In this document: in pieces, positions 48,119-59,076 of the stretch
Layout of the letters: the number at the start of each line of letters is the position of its first letter
Position numbering within the stretch: position 1 is the stretch's first letter
Assembly (NCBI GenBank): GCA_963700285.1
Contig: CAVOXA010000022.1
Coordinates: forward strand, 64,001 to 128,000
Origin: an uncultured Chloroflexia bacterium
GTDB taxonomy: Bacteria > Chloroflexota > Anaerolineae > JAAYZQ01
Reading direction: 5' to 3'
Length of the DNA stretch: 64,000 bases
Position numbers and translations under genes: made by a program
Notes under the pieces: model-generated
What the model saw: the letters and a program-made list of their open reading frames with translations, nothing else
Told to the model about the DNA's origin: nothing
The model's database searches: none

Positions 48119-49916
48119 TCAGCCACCCCCCAGCCCAGACGCCGCACCCCGAGCCAGCATCAGGCGGTAGGTGGCCAGCATCTCGTCGTACGGCTGCTCG
48201 AATTCGATGGTGGTGAACCAGCCTGCCGGCCGCTGGCGGACCAGATCCAGGGGCATCAGGCCGTCCCAGGAATAGGCCAGTTGGGGGAATGCGCCGCGTC
48301 CCACGGTGCGGATGGCGGTCACGCCCCGCGCCCCACATGCCGCGGCAAAGTGCAGGAAACGATCCGTCAGCCCTTCGCCCTCCTGCCCGACGGCCACACT
48401 CAGCGATTGCAGGTTGGCGGCCGGCAGCAGCCGCAGGTAGTCGGTTCGGGCACCTCCATCAGGTCCGCCACCGGCCGGACGACGATCACGCGCCCCTCGC
48501 AGTCGTTGACCCACGCTGGAAACCGGCCGCATCCAGGGGCCGTGCATCGACGATGCACCACGAACTCGTCGTCATAGGTCGGACAGGACGTGCACCTGTC
48601 CCGTCTGTTCCAGCAGCCTTGTAGCGGTCGAAACGGTCGTGGAGTCCGCGGCGCGGCCAGGCCCCTCGGGGCAGAAAGACGGCCAGCAGCGCCAAGCTGA
48701 TCAACCAGGCGCCGGCATAGTCCAGCGAGGCTGTGAGCTGCCCGATGAGCTCTTGCCGCCGGTCTCGACAAAGTGGATACGCGACGAGAGGCAGCCGTGC
48801 TGGTCCCAAAAGACCGAATCGAGCGCGGCCAGCAGGGCCACGACGTCGAGCAGGGGCGGGCCCTCCGGCTTCGATGAGCGCAGTCCCGGCGCCAGCATCT
48901 CGCGCCCGATGGCCGAAAAGCTGACCTTGTGGCCGTGGGCGTGAAAGCGCACCGGGCCCGGGCGGGCCGCGCTGCCGGATGGCGGCCATCCCTTGTATGG
49001 CTTGTCGATCTGGGCGATGGTCTCGTCGCTGGCGGCGGCGATGACCAGGTCGGCCTGGGCCAGCAGCTGGGGGGCTGGCAGCTGCTCCTGGACCGCCGCA
49101 TCCTCGTAGTCCCAGATCAGCACGGCGATGGTGGACACCAGGTCGGGGTCCACGGCCTCCAGGGCGCCCAGGACCAGCGGCGCAAAGATCGGCTCGCGGC
49201 GCGAGTTCCTGACCACCACCACCGGCGGGGGCCGCCGGCCAGGGTGGTGGCCTGGGCCAGGAAGGCGATCAAGCAGGGCGGTACCCGGCACGTTGCCGGC
49301 CCCATAGCCCACCACCAGGTCCAGGGGCGATGGCGGGCCAAACAAGGGGCGGCCGCCACCGGGCAGGCGCGCCTGCAGGCGAGAGAACGCTGGCCGCGCC
49401 AAAGAAGCGCAGGCGACCGGACAGGCCCTCCCCGCCAGTGCTCGATGCCAGGTCGCCACCAGCGGCTGCCAGTCGGTGGCGACGCCTCAGGGTTGGAGAC
49501 AGTTGGAAAGCGGCGGGGAACTGGTCCAGGGCCCACATGTCCAGCGCGCCCAGGGTCAGGCGGATCATCGCCTCGGAGTAGCCGGTGTAGCCGGGCAGGG
49601 CGGCCAGCGCCAGGGTGCGCAGCGGGTCGGCCGGATCGGCAAAGCGCCGGCCCACCAGGCTCCAGGGCCGCCGGAAGCGCTCCCAGTAGGCCTGTCCCCG
49701 CGGGGCTCGCTGCCGGTTCGTGCCAGTAGAGCGGCCAGCAGCTGATCCCACTGCTCCGGGCTGAGCACAGGCCAGCGAGCGGTGACGCGCCGTCGTCGCC
49801 CGGCTCGCAGGGGCGTCCGCGGGCAAAGGACAGGGTCGCGTACTCGGTGTCCGGGCGACAGCACCTGCTCCCGCACGCTTCTGGGGCAGCCAGAAACCGT
49901 CTATGGGCTCCATCAA
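48119..49916 (-). pseudogene. luxC: LuxC-like acyl-CoA/acyl-protein reductase, heavily frameshifted as written
   Basis: Fragments GYGAGNVPG, VVRNSRREP, AVLIWDYED, ADLVIAAASDETI, FHAHGHKVSF, LDSVFWDQHGCLSS (catalytic Cys), NLQSLSVA, YSWDG. Confidence 0.72.
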
Positions 49917-49928
49917 CCGATCTCCATT

Positions 49929-51382
49929 CTATACCTGCGCCGCGCAGCCGGCTTCGTCCAGCAGGTCGACCCGCTGGATCGACTCCCGGACGATGTAGGC
50001 CCCCATCTCGCCGCAGGGGCAGCGGAGGTCTTTGCCGGAGGCCGTAGCCTGGCGCCCGTCTCCCTGGATCAATCGGACCTGGTCGCGGTCCTGAAAAAGG
50101 CCGGGAACAGCCGCCCGCCGCCGTAGGGGTCAAAGAAGGCCAGCAGCCCGTGGCGTCCGGGGTCTTCCTGGAAGCGGTCGTCCTCGTCCAGGGTCCGGGC
50201 ATAGATCCAGGGCGGGACGTGATAGTTGCCCTGCTGAGCACTGCATCGCCGCCCAGTTCCCCTCGGCCATGCCATAGCACGTCGCGGATGGGGATCTGGC
50301 TGCGGTGGCCCGTCGCCGTCCGCTATCTGCACCACGCGGGCCAGGTCGGCGCGGATCTGGGCCGGGCGTAAAGGGGTACAGTTCCTTGAGGCCGCCGCCC
50401 GTGCCCAGGAGGCTGCCGGGAGCCAGGCGCAGGATCGGCCCCGCTTCCTGGAGCGTCCTGGGCAATGGCGTGCAGTTGCACCCAGCCGCCAAAGAGGAGC
50501 ACCTTTTCGCCGGCCGCCTCGGCCTTGTTCCAGCAGTTCGATCGGTCGTCTGGACCGCACGCGGGGTCACATAGTGGTTCTGCATCCAGTTCATAAAGGG
50601 ATACCAGAACCGTCGCTCCACGATCCCTGCTCCAGCCAGGGCGGAAGGTACGCCCGGCGCGGATGCGGACCCGGTCCGGCTCGGCGGGAAAGGGGATGGT
50701 CAAAGTGGATGTGATCGTCGGCCAGGCCCAGGCGTCTGACGCTAAAGCTGGCCATGCGGGCCATGGCGATGCGCGTCTGGCGGGGCATGACAAAGATGGC
50801 GCGGTCGACGGACTCGAGCATGCCCAGGTAGCGCCGAAAGGCCAGGTAAAAGCTCTCCACGGTGAGTGTCCGTGCCGGCCTGGTCGCGGACCATGATGGT
50901 GGCCCGACCGGAGGTACCGCTGGAGGTGGATGCTCGCCAGGCCGAGATCGGCATAGATCGCTTCGATGTCCTGCAACAGCGTCTCCAGGGAGCGGTAGCG
51001 GGGCCGAAGGCGGCAAATCGCTCGCGGGGCAGGTCGACGGACAGTTGGTCGGCCAGCCAGTCGAGAAAGGCATGGGGTCGGTCCTGGGGAAAGGGCGTGC
51101 CCAGGATGTCGATGTAGGATTTGAAGGTCTGGGCCGTGGGCCGGACCAGCCGCGAGGGCAGGTCGGCCAGCTCTCCGGGGAGGGTTCCGTTGTGCCGGCG
51201 GTGAGGGGCAGGGTTTCGCCCACGCCGCGAGCGGCCACCGTCTGCCGGTAGGCGCGGTTGCGCGGCGTAGTGCCAGGCATGGCTGCGGCGATGGCCTCCA
51301 GCAGAAGGGCCTCCCGCTGGGCGGGAGCGATGGCCCAGAAGCTGGCCAGTTGGTGGTCGAGTACGGGGTTGTCGTCCGTCAT
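49929..51382 (-). pseudogene. luxE: LuxE-like acyl-protein synthetase, heavily frameshifted as written
   Basis: Fragments HAWHY..N.AY, FK, TSSGTSG, LLFGG, GTGGGLK, YGMAE, YHVPPW, GLLAFFDP, FPAFF.T; ends EAGCAAQV. Confidence 0.72.
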
Positions 51383-51548
51383 GATGTGTTGTACCCTCGC
51401 CAAGGATGAGCAGGGTGGGCGGCAGGTCGCCGTGGATATGATTATGAGGCGATGCCCGGTTGAGGTTTGCCGGCCAGCCCATTGCCGAGTCCGATGGTCT
51501 TTTGTTTGCTGGGGATTATAACACCGGGGTGGGGAAATGGCAAACGGC

Positions 51549-53090
51549 CTATCTTGCCTCTTGAATCGACACGTGGTCAATGTGCAGGCCTGTCCAGTTC
51601 AAGTCTACGGCCGGGTTGCTCGGATCCTGTACGATGGGATTGCCGAACCACAGGGCGCTGGGCCGCACGTTGGTGGGCGGCGACTGGTACACCTGTTGGC
51701 CGTCTATCCAGACCTGATAGGCGCCGCCCGTGTAGCGGAGCTGGCCGTTGTGCTGGCCCTCGTCGGTCCCACCGTGCTGGTAAATCAAGTGCTCCGGCAG
51801 CGCCGGACCCCCGTACATCGCCGCCAGGCCCAGGCCCTTGTCCTGCCAGATGGCAAAGAGGACGGCGCCGGGCTCGTTTTTGGGGTCGTTGGCGGTACCA
51901 TTGGCCGGCAGCCTGCCGCCCACGACGATGCCGGTGCCGGACCAGGTGGGCTGGCTGTAGGAGAAGCCAAAGCGGACGGTAAAATCACCCTGCTGGGGAA
52001 AGGGATTGCCCCGGGCGTGGACGTAGGGAAACTGGGTGCTGCCTGGCGACGTGGTCAGGTGCAGCTTGCCGTTGCCCGTTCGCACCGTGCCGCCATTGGG
52101 GTACGCTTGCCAGACTGCACTGTTCAGGCTGGAACCATTGAACTGATCGTCCAGGTAGACGTGGGGCGCCGGGATGGGGGTATCGGTCGGAGGGGCCGTC
52201 GGCGGCCGGGGCGTGTCGGTCGGGATGGCCGTTGGCGCCGGCGGGGTATCGGCCGGCACGGTCGTCGGTGGTTGGGGTGTGTCCGCCCTCGGCAGCGGTG
52301 TGTCGGGCGCCGGCTCCAGCGTGTTCGTTGCCCGCACTGTCGCTGGTGATGCCGGGGAGGCGGCCGGTGGCAGGGTCGCATCGGTTGGGCTTGACAGAGT
52401 TGTCGCCTGGGGCGTCTCAGGCGGAAACGGCGTATCGATGGCCTGGGTTGGCAGCGGTGCGGGTTCCGTCGCCAGAGCGATCAGGCTTGGTTCAGGAGTG
52501 GCTGTCTGCCTGCCGCCATCCCCTCCGCCCAGGGCCGCCAGCAGGCCGGCCACGGTCACGAACAGGACGATGACGGCCGCGGCCAGCAGTGGCCAGAAGA
52601 GAGGGGGCAGGCCGCTGCGTTTCTCAGGGGAACCAGGTGCGGTTGGTCTGGTGCCAGGTGGGACGAGCACGGTCTCGGACATGGGCGGTGGTGTGGCTGG
52701 CCCTGCCACCTGTACCTGCTGGAGCAGCGCGGCTCGAAGTTGGTCCGCGCCGCCAAAGCGGTCCTCCCGGCGTTTGGCCAATGCCTTCATCACGATGGCA
52801 TCCAGCCAGGGCGGCACGCCTGGGTTGAGGGTACTGGGCGGCTGGGGCTGCAGGTTGTAGATGCGGTAGACATTGTCCGCCTGGGCCCGGGGGGTATCCT
52901 GCTGGTCAAAGTTCAGGTAGGTCTGGCCCGTGAGCGCCCGGTACAGTACCGCGCCCAGGGCATAGACGTCCACCCGGGGGTCATCGCGGACGCCCTCGGT
53001 CTGCTCCGGAGACATGTAGGGCAGTGTGCCGGCCACGAAGCCAGCCGGCGTCGCCCAGCTACGGCTCAGCATCTGGTCCGAGACGTGAGG
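51549..53090 (-). pseudogene. 5'-truncated receptor Ser/Thr kinase (subdomain VIII onward, TM, PT linker, lectin-like beta ectodomain)
   Basis: Begins at HVSDQMLSRSWATPAGFVAGTLPYMSPEQ; no Gly-loop, VAIK, HxDLK or DFG upstream; 3' part is an uninterrupted ORF. Confidence 0.8.
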
Positions 53091-53211
53091 GGACCCTATG
53101 CTGGATATCATACCATCGACTGTACAGGACGTCAATTGGTTCCGGGTCCGGCAGGCTGGTCTGATTTCAGCGCATGTCGCACTTCCGGATGCGGTCCCCG
53201 GTCGGTGTCAA

Positions 53212-54651
53212 GCGCGCAGGCATAAATCTCCCGCGCTACGGAGCGACGCCCCGCGAACGGGGCCACCTGATACTGGTCGCCAGTACCCTGAAGCCCGATT
53301 CATCGGGCGTTGCTGCGTAGGCCGGACACTTTATGTCCGGCCGGTCTGTGACCAGCGCGTGTTTGCTCAATGGGGGGAGGCTGGCCGCAGAGTAGACCGC
53401 GCGGGCATGAATTGCCCGCGCTACGTAGCGACGCCCCGTGAACGGGGCTTTCGGAATCCCGTGAGCGGCATCGCCAAGCCCGATTCATCGGGCGTTGCTG
53501 CGTAGGCCGGCCGGTCTGTGACCAGCGCGTGTTTGCTCAATGGAGGGAGGCTGGCCGCAGAGTAGACCGCGCGGGCATGAATTGCCCGCGCTACGTAGCG
53601 ACGCCCCGTGAACGGGGCTTTCGGAATCCCGTGAGCGGCATCGCCAAGCCCGATTCATCGGGCGTTGCTGCGTAGGCCGGACACTTTATGTCCGGCCGGT
53701 CTGGGGCCAGCGCGTGTTTGCTCAATGGGGGGAGGCTGGCCGCAGAGTAGACCGCGCGGGCATGAATTGCCCGCGCTACGTAGCGACGCCCCGTGAACGG
53801 GGCTTTCGGAATCCCGTGAGCGGCATCGCCAAGCCCGATTCATCGGGCGTTGCTGCGTAGGCCGGACGCTTTATGTCCGGCCGGTCTGTGACCAGCGCGT
53901 GTTTGCTCAATGGGGGGAGGCTGGCCGCAGAGTAGACCGCGCGGGCATGAATTGCCCGCGCTACGTAGCGACGCCCCGTGAACGGGGCTTTCGGAATCCC
54001 GTGAGCGGCATCGCCAAGCCCGATTCATCGGGCGTTGCTGCGTAGGCCGGCCGGTCTGTGACCAGCGCGTGTTTGCTCAATGGGGGGAGGCTGGCCGCAG
54101 AGTAGACCGCGCGGGCATGAATTGCCCGCGCTACGTAGCGACGCCCCGTGAACGGGGCTTTCGGAATCCCGTGAGCGGCATCGCCAAGCCCGATTCATCG
54201 GGCGTTGCTGCGTAGGCCGGACACTTTATGTCCGGCCGGTCTGGGGCCAGCGCGTGTTTGCTCAATGGGGGGAGGCTGGCCGCAGAGTAGACCGCGCGGG
54301 CATGAATTGCCCGCGCTACGTAGCGACGCCCCGTGAACGGGGCTTTCGGAATCCCGTGAGCGGCATCGCCAAGCCCGATTCATCGGGCGTTGCTGCGTAG
54401 GCCGGACACTTTATGTCCGGCCGGTCTGTGACCAGCGCGTGTTTGCTCAATGGGGGGAGGCTGGCCGCAGAGTAGACCGCGCGGGCATGAATTGCCCGCG
54501 CTACGTAGCGACGCCCCGTGAACGGGGCTTTCGGAATCCCGTGAGCGGCATCGCCAAGCCCGATTCATCGGGCGTTGCTGCGTAGGCCGGACACTTTATG
54601 TCCGGCCGGTCTGGGACCAGCGCGTGTTTGCTCAATGGGGGGAGGCTGGCC
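53212..54651. repeat. BIME-like tandem array of GTAG-REP doublets (185/170-bp units)
   Basis: AAGCCCGATTCATCGGGC recurs at 53291, 53476, 53646, 53831, 54016, 54186, 54371, 54556; four hairpins per full unit. Confidence 0.95.
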
Positions 54652-54664
54652 GGCGAGCAGTTCC

Positions 54665-55162
54665 TCATCCCATCCTCATTAACTCTTCCCGCCAGCCGAC
54701 CTCGTCCAGCGCGTAGGCGGCTTGCCCCTCCCGCAGTATGCCTGGCCCAACGTTGTCACTAGCCATGCGCTCCAACATGGGGATCTCTGTTCCATCTGCA
54801 TGGTGTGTCTTCTGACGATCCACGTACCCGGCAAAGTTGGGCAGACGCTTGGCATCGAAGGAAAAGGCGCCGTATTCGTCCTGCCACTCAAAGTGTACGT
54901 CGCTCACACTGGATTGATTCAGTCGGGTGGACGCTACCCCCTTGATCTGTCCCACGAACTTGGCCACGGCGATGGCCGGCGGGATGGCCACTACCATATG
55001 CACGTGGTCGACAGTGCCGCCGATGGTGTAGACTACCCCCTTGAGGCCGGTGGCCTTGCCCGTCAGGTAGCCATAAATCTCCTTCTCAACCCGAGGGACG
55101 AGCAAGGGGTCCCGGTTCTTTGTGGACCAGACAAGGTGGTAGAAAAGCTGCCAATAGGGCAT
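54665..55162 (-). mobile_element. tnpA: IS200/IS605-family Y1 HUH transposase, REP-associated (RAYT/TnpA-REP-like)
   Basis: FYHLVWSTKNR, DHVHM (HUH), IKG.AS, FEWQDEYGAFS, YVDRQKTHH (catalytic Tyr); REP clusters on both sides; no tnpB. Confidence 0.9.
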
Positions 55163-55261
55163 TGCACTCCCTCCTTCTTTGCTGGGCTTTTCCCGGGTGG
55201 ACGGTCCGCAGCTACGGGGCTGCAAAGAGGCCACGCTCAGTGTGACGGCGTACCTGGATGT

Positions 55262-55490
55262 CAACCGCGCGGGCATGAATTGCCCGCGCTACGTAGCGAC
55301 GCCCCGTGAACGGGGCTTTCGGAATTCCGTCAGCAGCATCTGCAAGCCCGATTTCATCAGGCTCTGCTGCGTAGGCCAGACACTTTATGTCTGGCCGGTC
55401 TGAGGCCAGCGCGTATCTGCCCAATGGGGCAACTTGACCGCCGAGTAGACCGCGCGGGCATGAATTGCCCACGCTACGGAGCGACGCCCC
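55262..55490. repeat. Diverged copy of the REP mosaic upstream of tnpA
   Basis: GCGCGGGCATGAATTGCCCGCGCTACGTAGCGACGCCCCGTGAACGGGGC and GTAGGCCAGACACTTTATGTCTGGCC. Confidence 0.9.
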
Positions 55491-57166
55491 AATAGAACGG
55501 CCATAGCTCCGACTCTACAAGTGTGACTGGCTTCCTGTTCGAAGCACCATCCCACGTGATCAACGCGACGTTCCACCAGACCGATTCACCGCGCTTGGTG
55601 GGCCCGTCCAGCCAGGTGTTCCAGTCTGTAGTGTCCATCATGAGTGCGTCGATATCCAGAGCTATGTATGTGTCCTTGACGGGTGCGCTCACTCCTCGAT
55701 ACTCGGCCGTAGTCACGGGCTCCTTGCGGATGCGCACCTCGAAGAACTGGTCAGGTTCAAGGATCCCCTTGCTCTGCCAGACGAATTGACTCTTCCTGGT
55801 CCAAGTGGCACCATAGGCAGGCGCAAGCAACTGTGGCACTGGCATCGGTTTGGGCATCGCCGTTGCCCTAGGTTTCGGCCTCTCCGTCGGTGCTACAGTC
55901 GGAGCCGCCGTATTCGTAGGCGTCAGGGTCGCCGTTGCAGTCGGCAACGGTGTATCCGTCGGTGCCAACGTCACTGTCTCCGTTGGCAGTGGTGTCGCAG
56001 TCGGCTCCGGCGTCATCGTAGGTGTATCGCTGGCCGTCGCCGTCGGCAGCGGCGTCGAGGTCTGCTCGATGACTACGATCTGCGTCTGCACCAGGGCCAC
56101 CAGCTCCGCCGTCGGCGTGGCCTCCCCACAGCCGCCATCCCCACCGAGTAGCACGACGCCCAGCACGGACGCCAGCAGCACCGCGGCCACGCCAACCGCC
56201 GGCCAGAACCAGCCCGGCCGCGGCGACCACTGCGTGGCTGCGGGCTCGGGCCGGGGACCAGCCGCCACGGGCACCGTTTTGATCACCGTCGGCGCCGACG
56301 ACGGGGCACCCGCCTCCTGCTGCAGCAACGCCGCCCGCAGTTGCGCCACGCCGCCGTAGCGTGCCTCCGGATTCTTGGCCAGCGCCCTGAGCACAACGCC
56401 GTCCAGCCAGGCCGGGACCTGGGGATTGTAGGCGCTGGGGGGGGCCAGGCTGTTGGCGTCGGATGCGGTAGACATTGTCGGCCTGGGTGGCCGGGGTCTC
56501 GCGCTGGTCAAAGTCGAGGTAGGTGCGGCCGGTGAGCATGCGGTAGAGGACGGCGCCGGTGGCATAGACATCGACGCGGGGGTCGTCGCGCACACCTTCG
56601 GCCTGCTCGGGGGACATGTAGGGCAGGGTGCCGGCGACAAAGCCAGCGGGGGTCATCCAGGTGCGGGATAGCATCTCTTCGGAGACGTGGGCGATGCCGA
56701 AATCGGCGACCTTGGCCGAATTCTGGGCAGAGAGGAGGATGTTGGCCGGCTTGAGGTCGCAGTGGACGACGCCCTGGTCGTGGGCGCATTGCAGGCCGGC
56801 GCAGACCTGGGCGGTGATGCGCACCGCGTCATCGACGGGCATGGGGGCCTGCTGGCGCAGGTGGTCCTCGAGAGAGCCGCCGGGCATGAACTCCATGACG
56901 ATGTAGTAGTTGTCGCCCTGTTGAAAGACGTTGTGGGTGCGAACGATCTGGCTGTGGGTGAGGCGCATGGTGGCCTTGGCCTCGGCCAGGAAGCGCTTGA
57001 GCATGGCGTCATTGCCGACGAGAGCCGGGATGAGCTCCTTGATGGCGACGTCCTCGCTGAGGAGGGTGTCCTGGGCCAGATAGACAAAGCCAAAGCCGCC
57101 GTGGCCCAGTTGGCGTAGAATGCGGTATTGGTCGTTGAGGAGGGAATCGCCGGGTTTCAGCGCCAT
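55474..57166 (-). CDS. Hanks-type receptor Ser/Thr kinase (kinase, TM, PT linker, ectodomain), one frameshift near 56440
   Basis: LGHGGFGFVY, VAIKE, HCDLKPANIL, DFG, GTLPYMSPEQ, DVYATG; TM and PT repeats in the adjacent frame; RBS AAGGAG. Confidence 0.9.
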
Positions 57167-57570
57167 TGGTGTCTCCTTGTGGCTCCGTGGGCGCCAACTG
57201 CTGGTGCGGTCCATCGCTGCGGATGGCTTTGCAGCACTGCTTCCACATCCGCTGAAGTACATCCGAGCCAGACCGCGCAGCCTGCGCTGACAGTATACCA
57301 CCACTTGGAGGAATACACAAACCTCTGCGCGAGTGACTCGGGTCTTGGTTGGACCTAGCACGGTCTGGCATGGGTACCAGCCCTACCGGTAGCTGCAGCC
57401 TTCCGCAGGCATCTATCGCACAGGCTGCCCGCGTACCGAATCAACGCCCCGTGAACGGGGTCTTCTTGCTGACTCGCCGTTTTCCGCATGGACGGAGGAT
57501 GGGGGACTTGTGATCGGTCGTCTCTTATCCCATGGACCGGTGTGGACTCCATGCGCTTGGGCCACGCGCA

Positions 57571-57612
57571 ACAGCCCCACCCCCAGACCAAGAGGCCAGG
57601 GGGTGGGGCTGT
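57571..57612 (-). terminator. Probable terminator hairpin after the hsp20 pair
   Basis: ACAGCCCCACCCCC...GGGGGTGGGGCTGT. Confidence 0.6.
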
Positions 57613-57648
57613 TTGCTTTGCCAGGCGTCGGGCGCCTGGCGCTCCTCG

Positions 57649-58062
57649 TTAGGCGGCCTGGATGGCGATCTTGCGCTTTTGGGCCTCGGTGAACTTGGGC
57701 AGGTACAGCTCAAGCACGCCGTCCTTGACGGTGGCCTCAATGCCATCCCTGTCGATTTGGTTGGAGACGGTAAAGGCTCGCACAAAGTCGCCGACCTCGT
57801 ACTCGGCGAAGGCCAGCGTGTAGCCCTCGGGCTGCATCGGTTCGACGTAGCCGTTGATGGTCAGCACGTTTTCCTCCAGCGTAATATCGATTGAATCCGC
57901 GTCAACGCCGGGCAGGTCGGCGACGACCACGATGGCCTCATCGGTTTCGTAGATGTCCGCGCGGGGCACAAAGGCCAATGCATCGCGCGTGCGCTCGGCT
58001 CCCGACTCGACAAGCTGTTGCTTCTCGCTGTCCAGCACTTCCAGGGCCTGATCTTCTGACAT
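57649..58062 (-). CDS. Hsp20/alpha-crystallin small heat-shock protein
   Basis: FVPRADIYET, ADLPGV, F.RAF, IEATVKDGVL.L.LPK, KRKIAI. Confidence 0.93.
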   Translation of the reverse strand: MSEDQALEVLDSEKQQLVESGAERTRDALAFVPRADIYETDEAIVVVADLPGVDADSIDITLEENVLTINGYVEPMQPEGYTLAFAEYEVGDFVRAFTVSNQIDRDGIEATVKDGVLELYLPKFTEAQKRKIAIQAA

Positions 58063-58095
58063 GATATTTCCCTCCATTATCCTCGGTTGAACTCG

Positions 58096-58542
58096 CTAAG
58101 CCGCCTTGACGGTAATTTTCCGGGGCATGTCTGCCTCGGCTCGAGGCAAGACGACGTTCAACATGCCGTTCTCGAGCGTGGCTTCCACCGCATCCGCGTC
58201 TACCTGAAAGGGCAGGCGAAAGGTCCGGCTGAAGGAACCGCAGCGGCGCTCGCGCCGGTGATAGGTCACGCCTTCCTCCGGCTCATTCTGCTGCCGGCTG
58301 CCCCGCAGCGTCAACAGTTCGTTCTCGACCGAGATGTCGATGTCCTCGGCCTTGACGCCCGGCAGCTCGGCGGTGAGGATGGCGCTGTTCTCGCCGGTCC
58401 AGACATTCATGGCCGGGTACTCGGGCGCCACAGCCCATCTACTTCGCCGGGGCACATCGCCGTAGACACTTTCCATCTCGCGGCGCAGCCGTTCCACATC
58501 GCGCCAGGGTGATCTCCATCCACGATACGGTTGTCTTAACAT
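58096..58542 (-). CDS. Hsp20/alpha-crystallin small heat-shock protein
   Basis: YPAMNVW, AELPGV, RRERRCGSFSRTFRLP, ATLENGML.V.LP, PRKITV. Confidence 0.93.
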   Translation of the reverse strand: MLRQPYRGWRSPWRDVERLRREMESVYGDVPRRSRWAVAPEYPAMNVWTGENSAILTAELPGVKAEDIDISVENELLTLRGSRQQNEPEEGVTYHRRERRCGSFSRTFRLPFQVDADAVEATLENGMLNVVLPRAEADMPRKITVKAA

Positions 58543-59076
58543 GATATTTCCTCCTTATCTTGCTCGTTCTCTATTGGCTTCCTTGGCCGGTTACCGGGCC
58601 AGCCTTGATCCGCTATCAGAACGACCTTGGCTGTCCCCTTGTTCATTGGATAGTTTAGCGAAGCCATGTTAGAAAGACGTTTGAGCAACGTTAGAAGATT
58701 GTTAGACTTGTCTGATTTCTGTTAGAGATTTGTGCTCTATGGAAAGTCGCGGGCGATGCGCGGCATTGGTTGCATCGAGAATGTTCTCTACCCAGGTCTT
58801 CGGCGGTGAGCCCAGAGTGAGGGGATTGGCCACGTGGGCAGGTTGGAATCCCCCAGGTGGCCAATGCGTGGGGATGGGCAATGGGGTATAATTGGGGTGG
58901 ATGGCTGAATGGGGACGGTGGACCACAGACGATGGACCATAGACGGCGGACGACGTCAGATTCCTGGGAGGAATGGGTCGAGGTTGCCGGGCAGGATGGT
59001 GATAGAATTTGGGAAAGCATACGCAGTAGCTAATACGCAAGACGCAGCACGTACCACGTTTGACAGAGGAGTCAAC

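Noticed and set aside
48119-51382. Bioluminescence operon
   Set aside because: No luxA, luxB or luxD in the window.
53300-54568. Five near-identical 62-aa ORFs
   Set aside because: They are by-products of translating the REP array; no RBS and no protein-like features.
54665-55162. IS605 element with TnpB or an omega RNA
   Set aside because: No tnpB or iscB nearby; the flanks are multi-REP clusters rather than a single left and right end.
55860-56060. DNA tandem repeat
   Set aside because: Degenerate coding sequence for the Pro/Thr-rich kinase linker.
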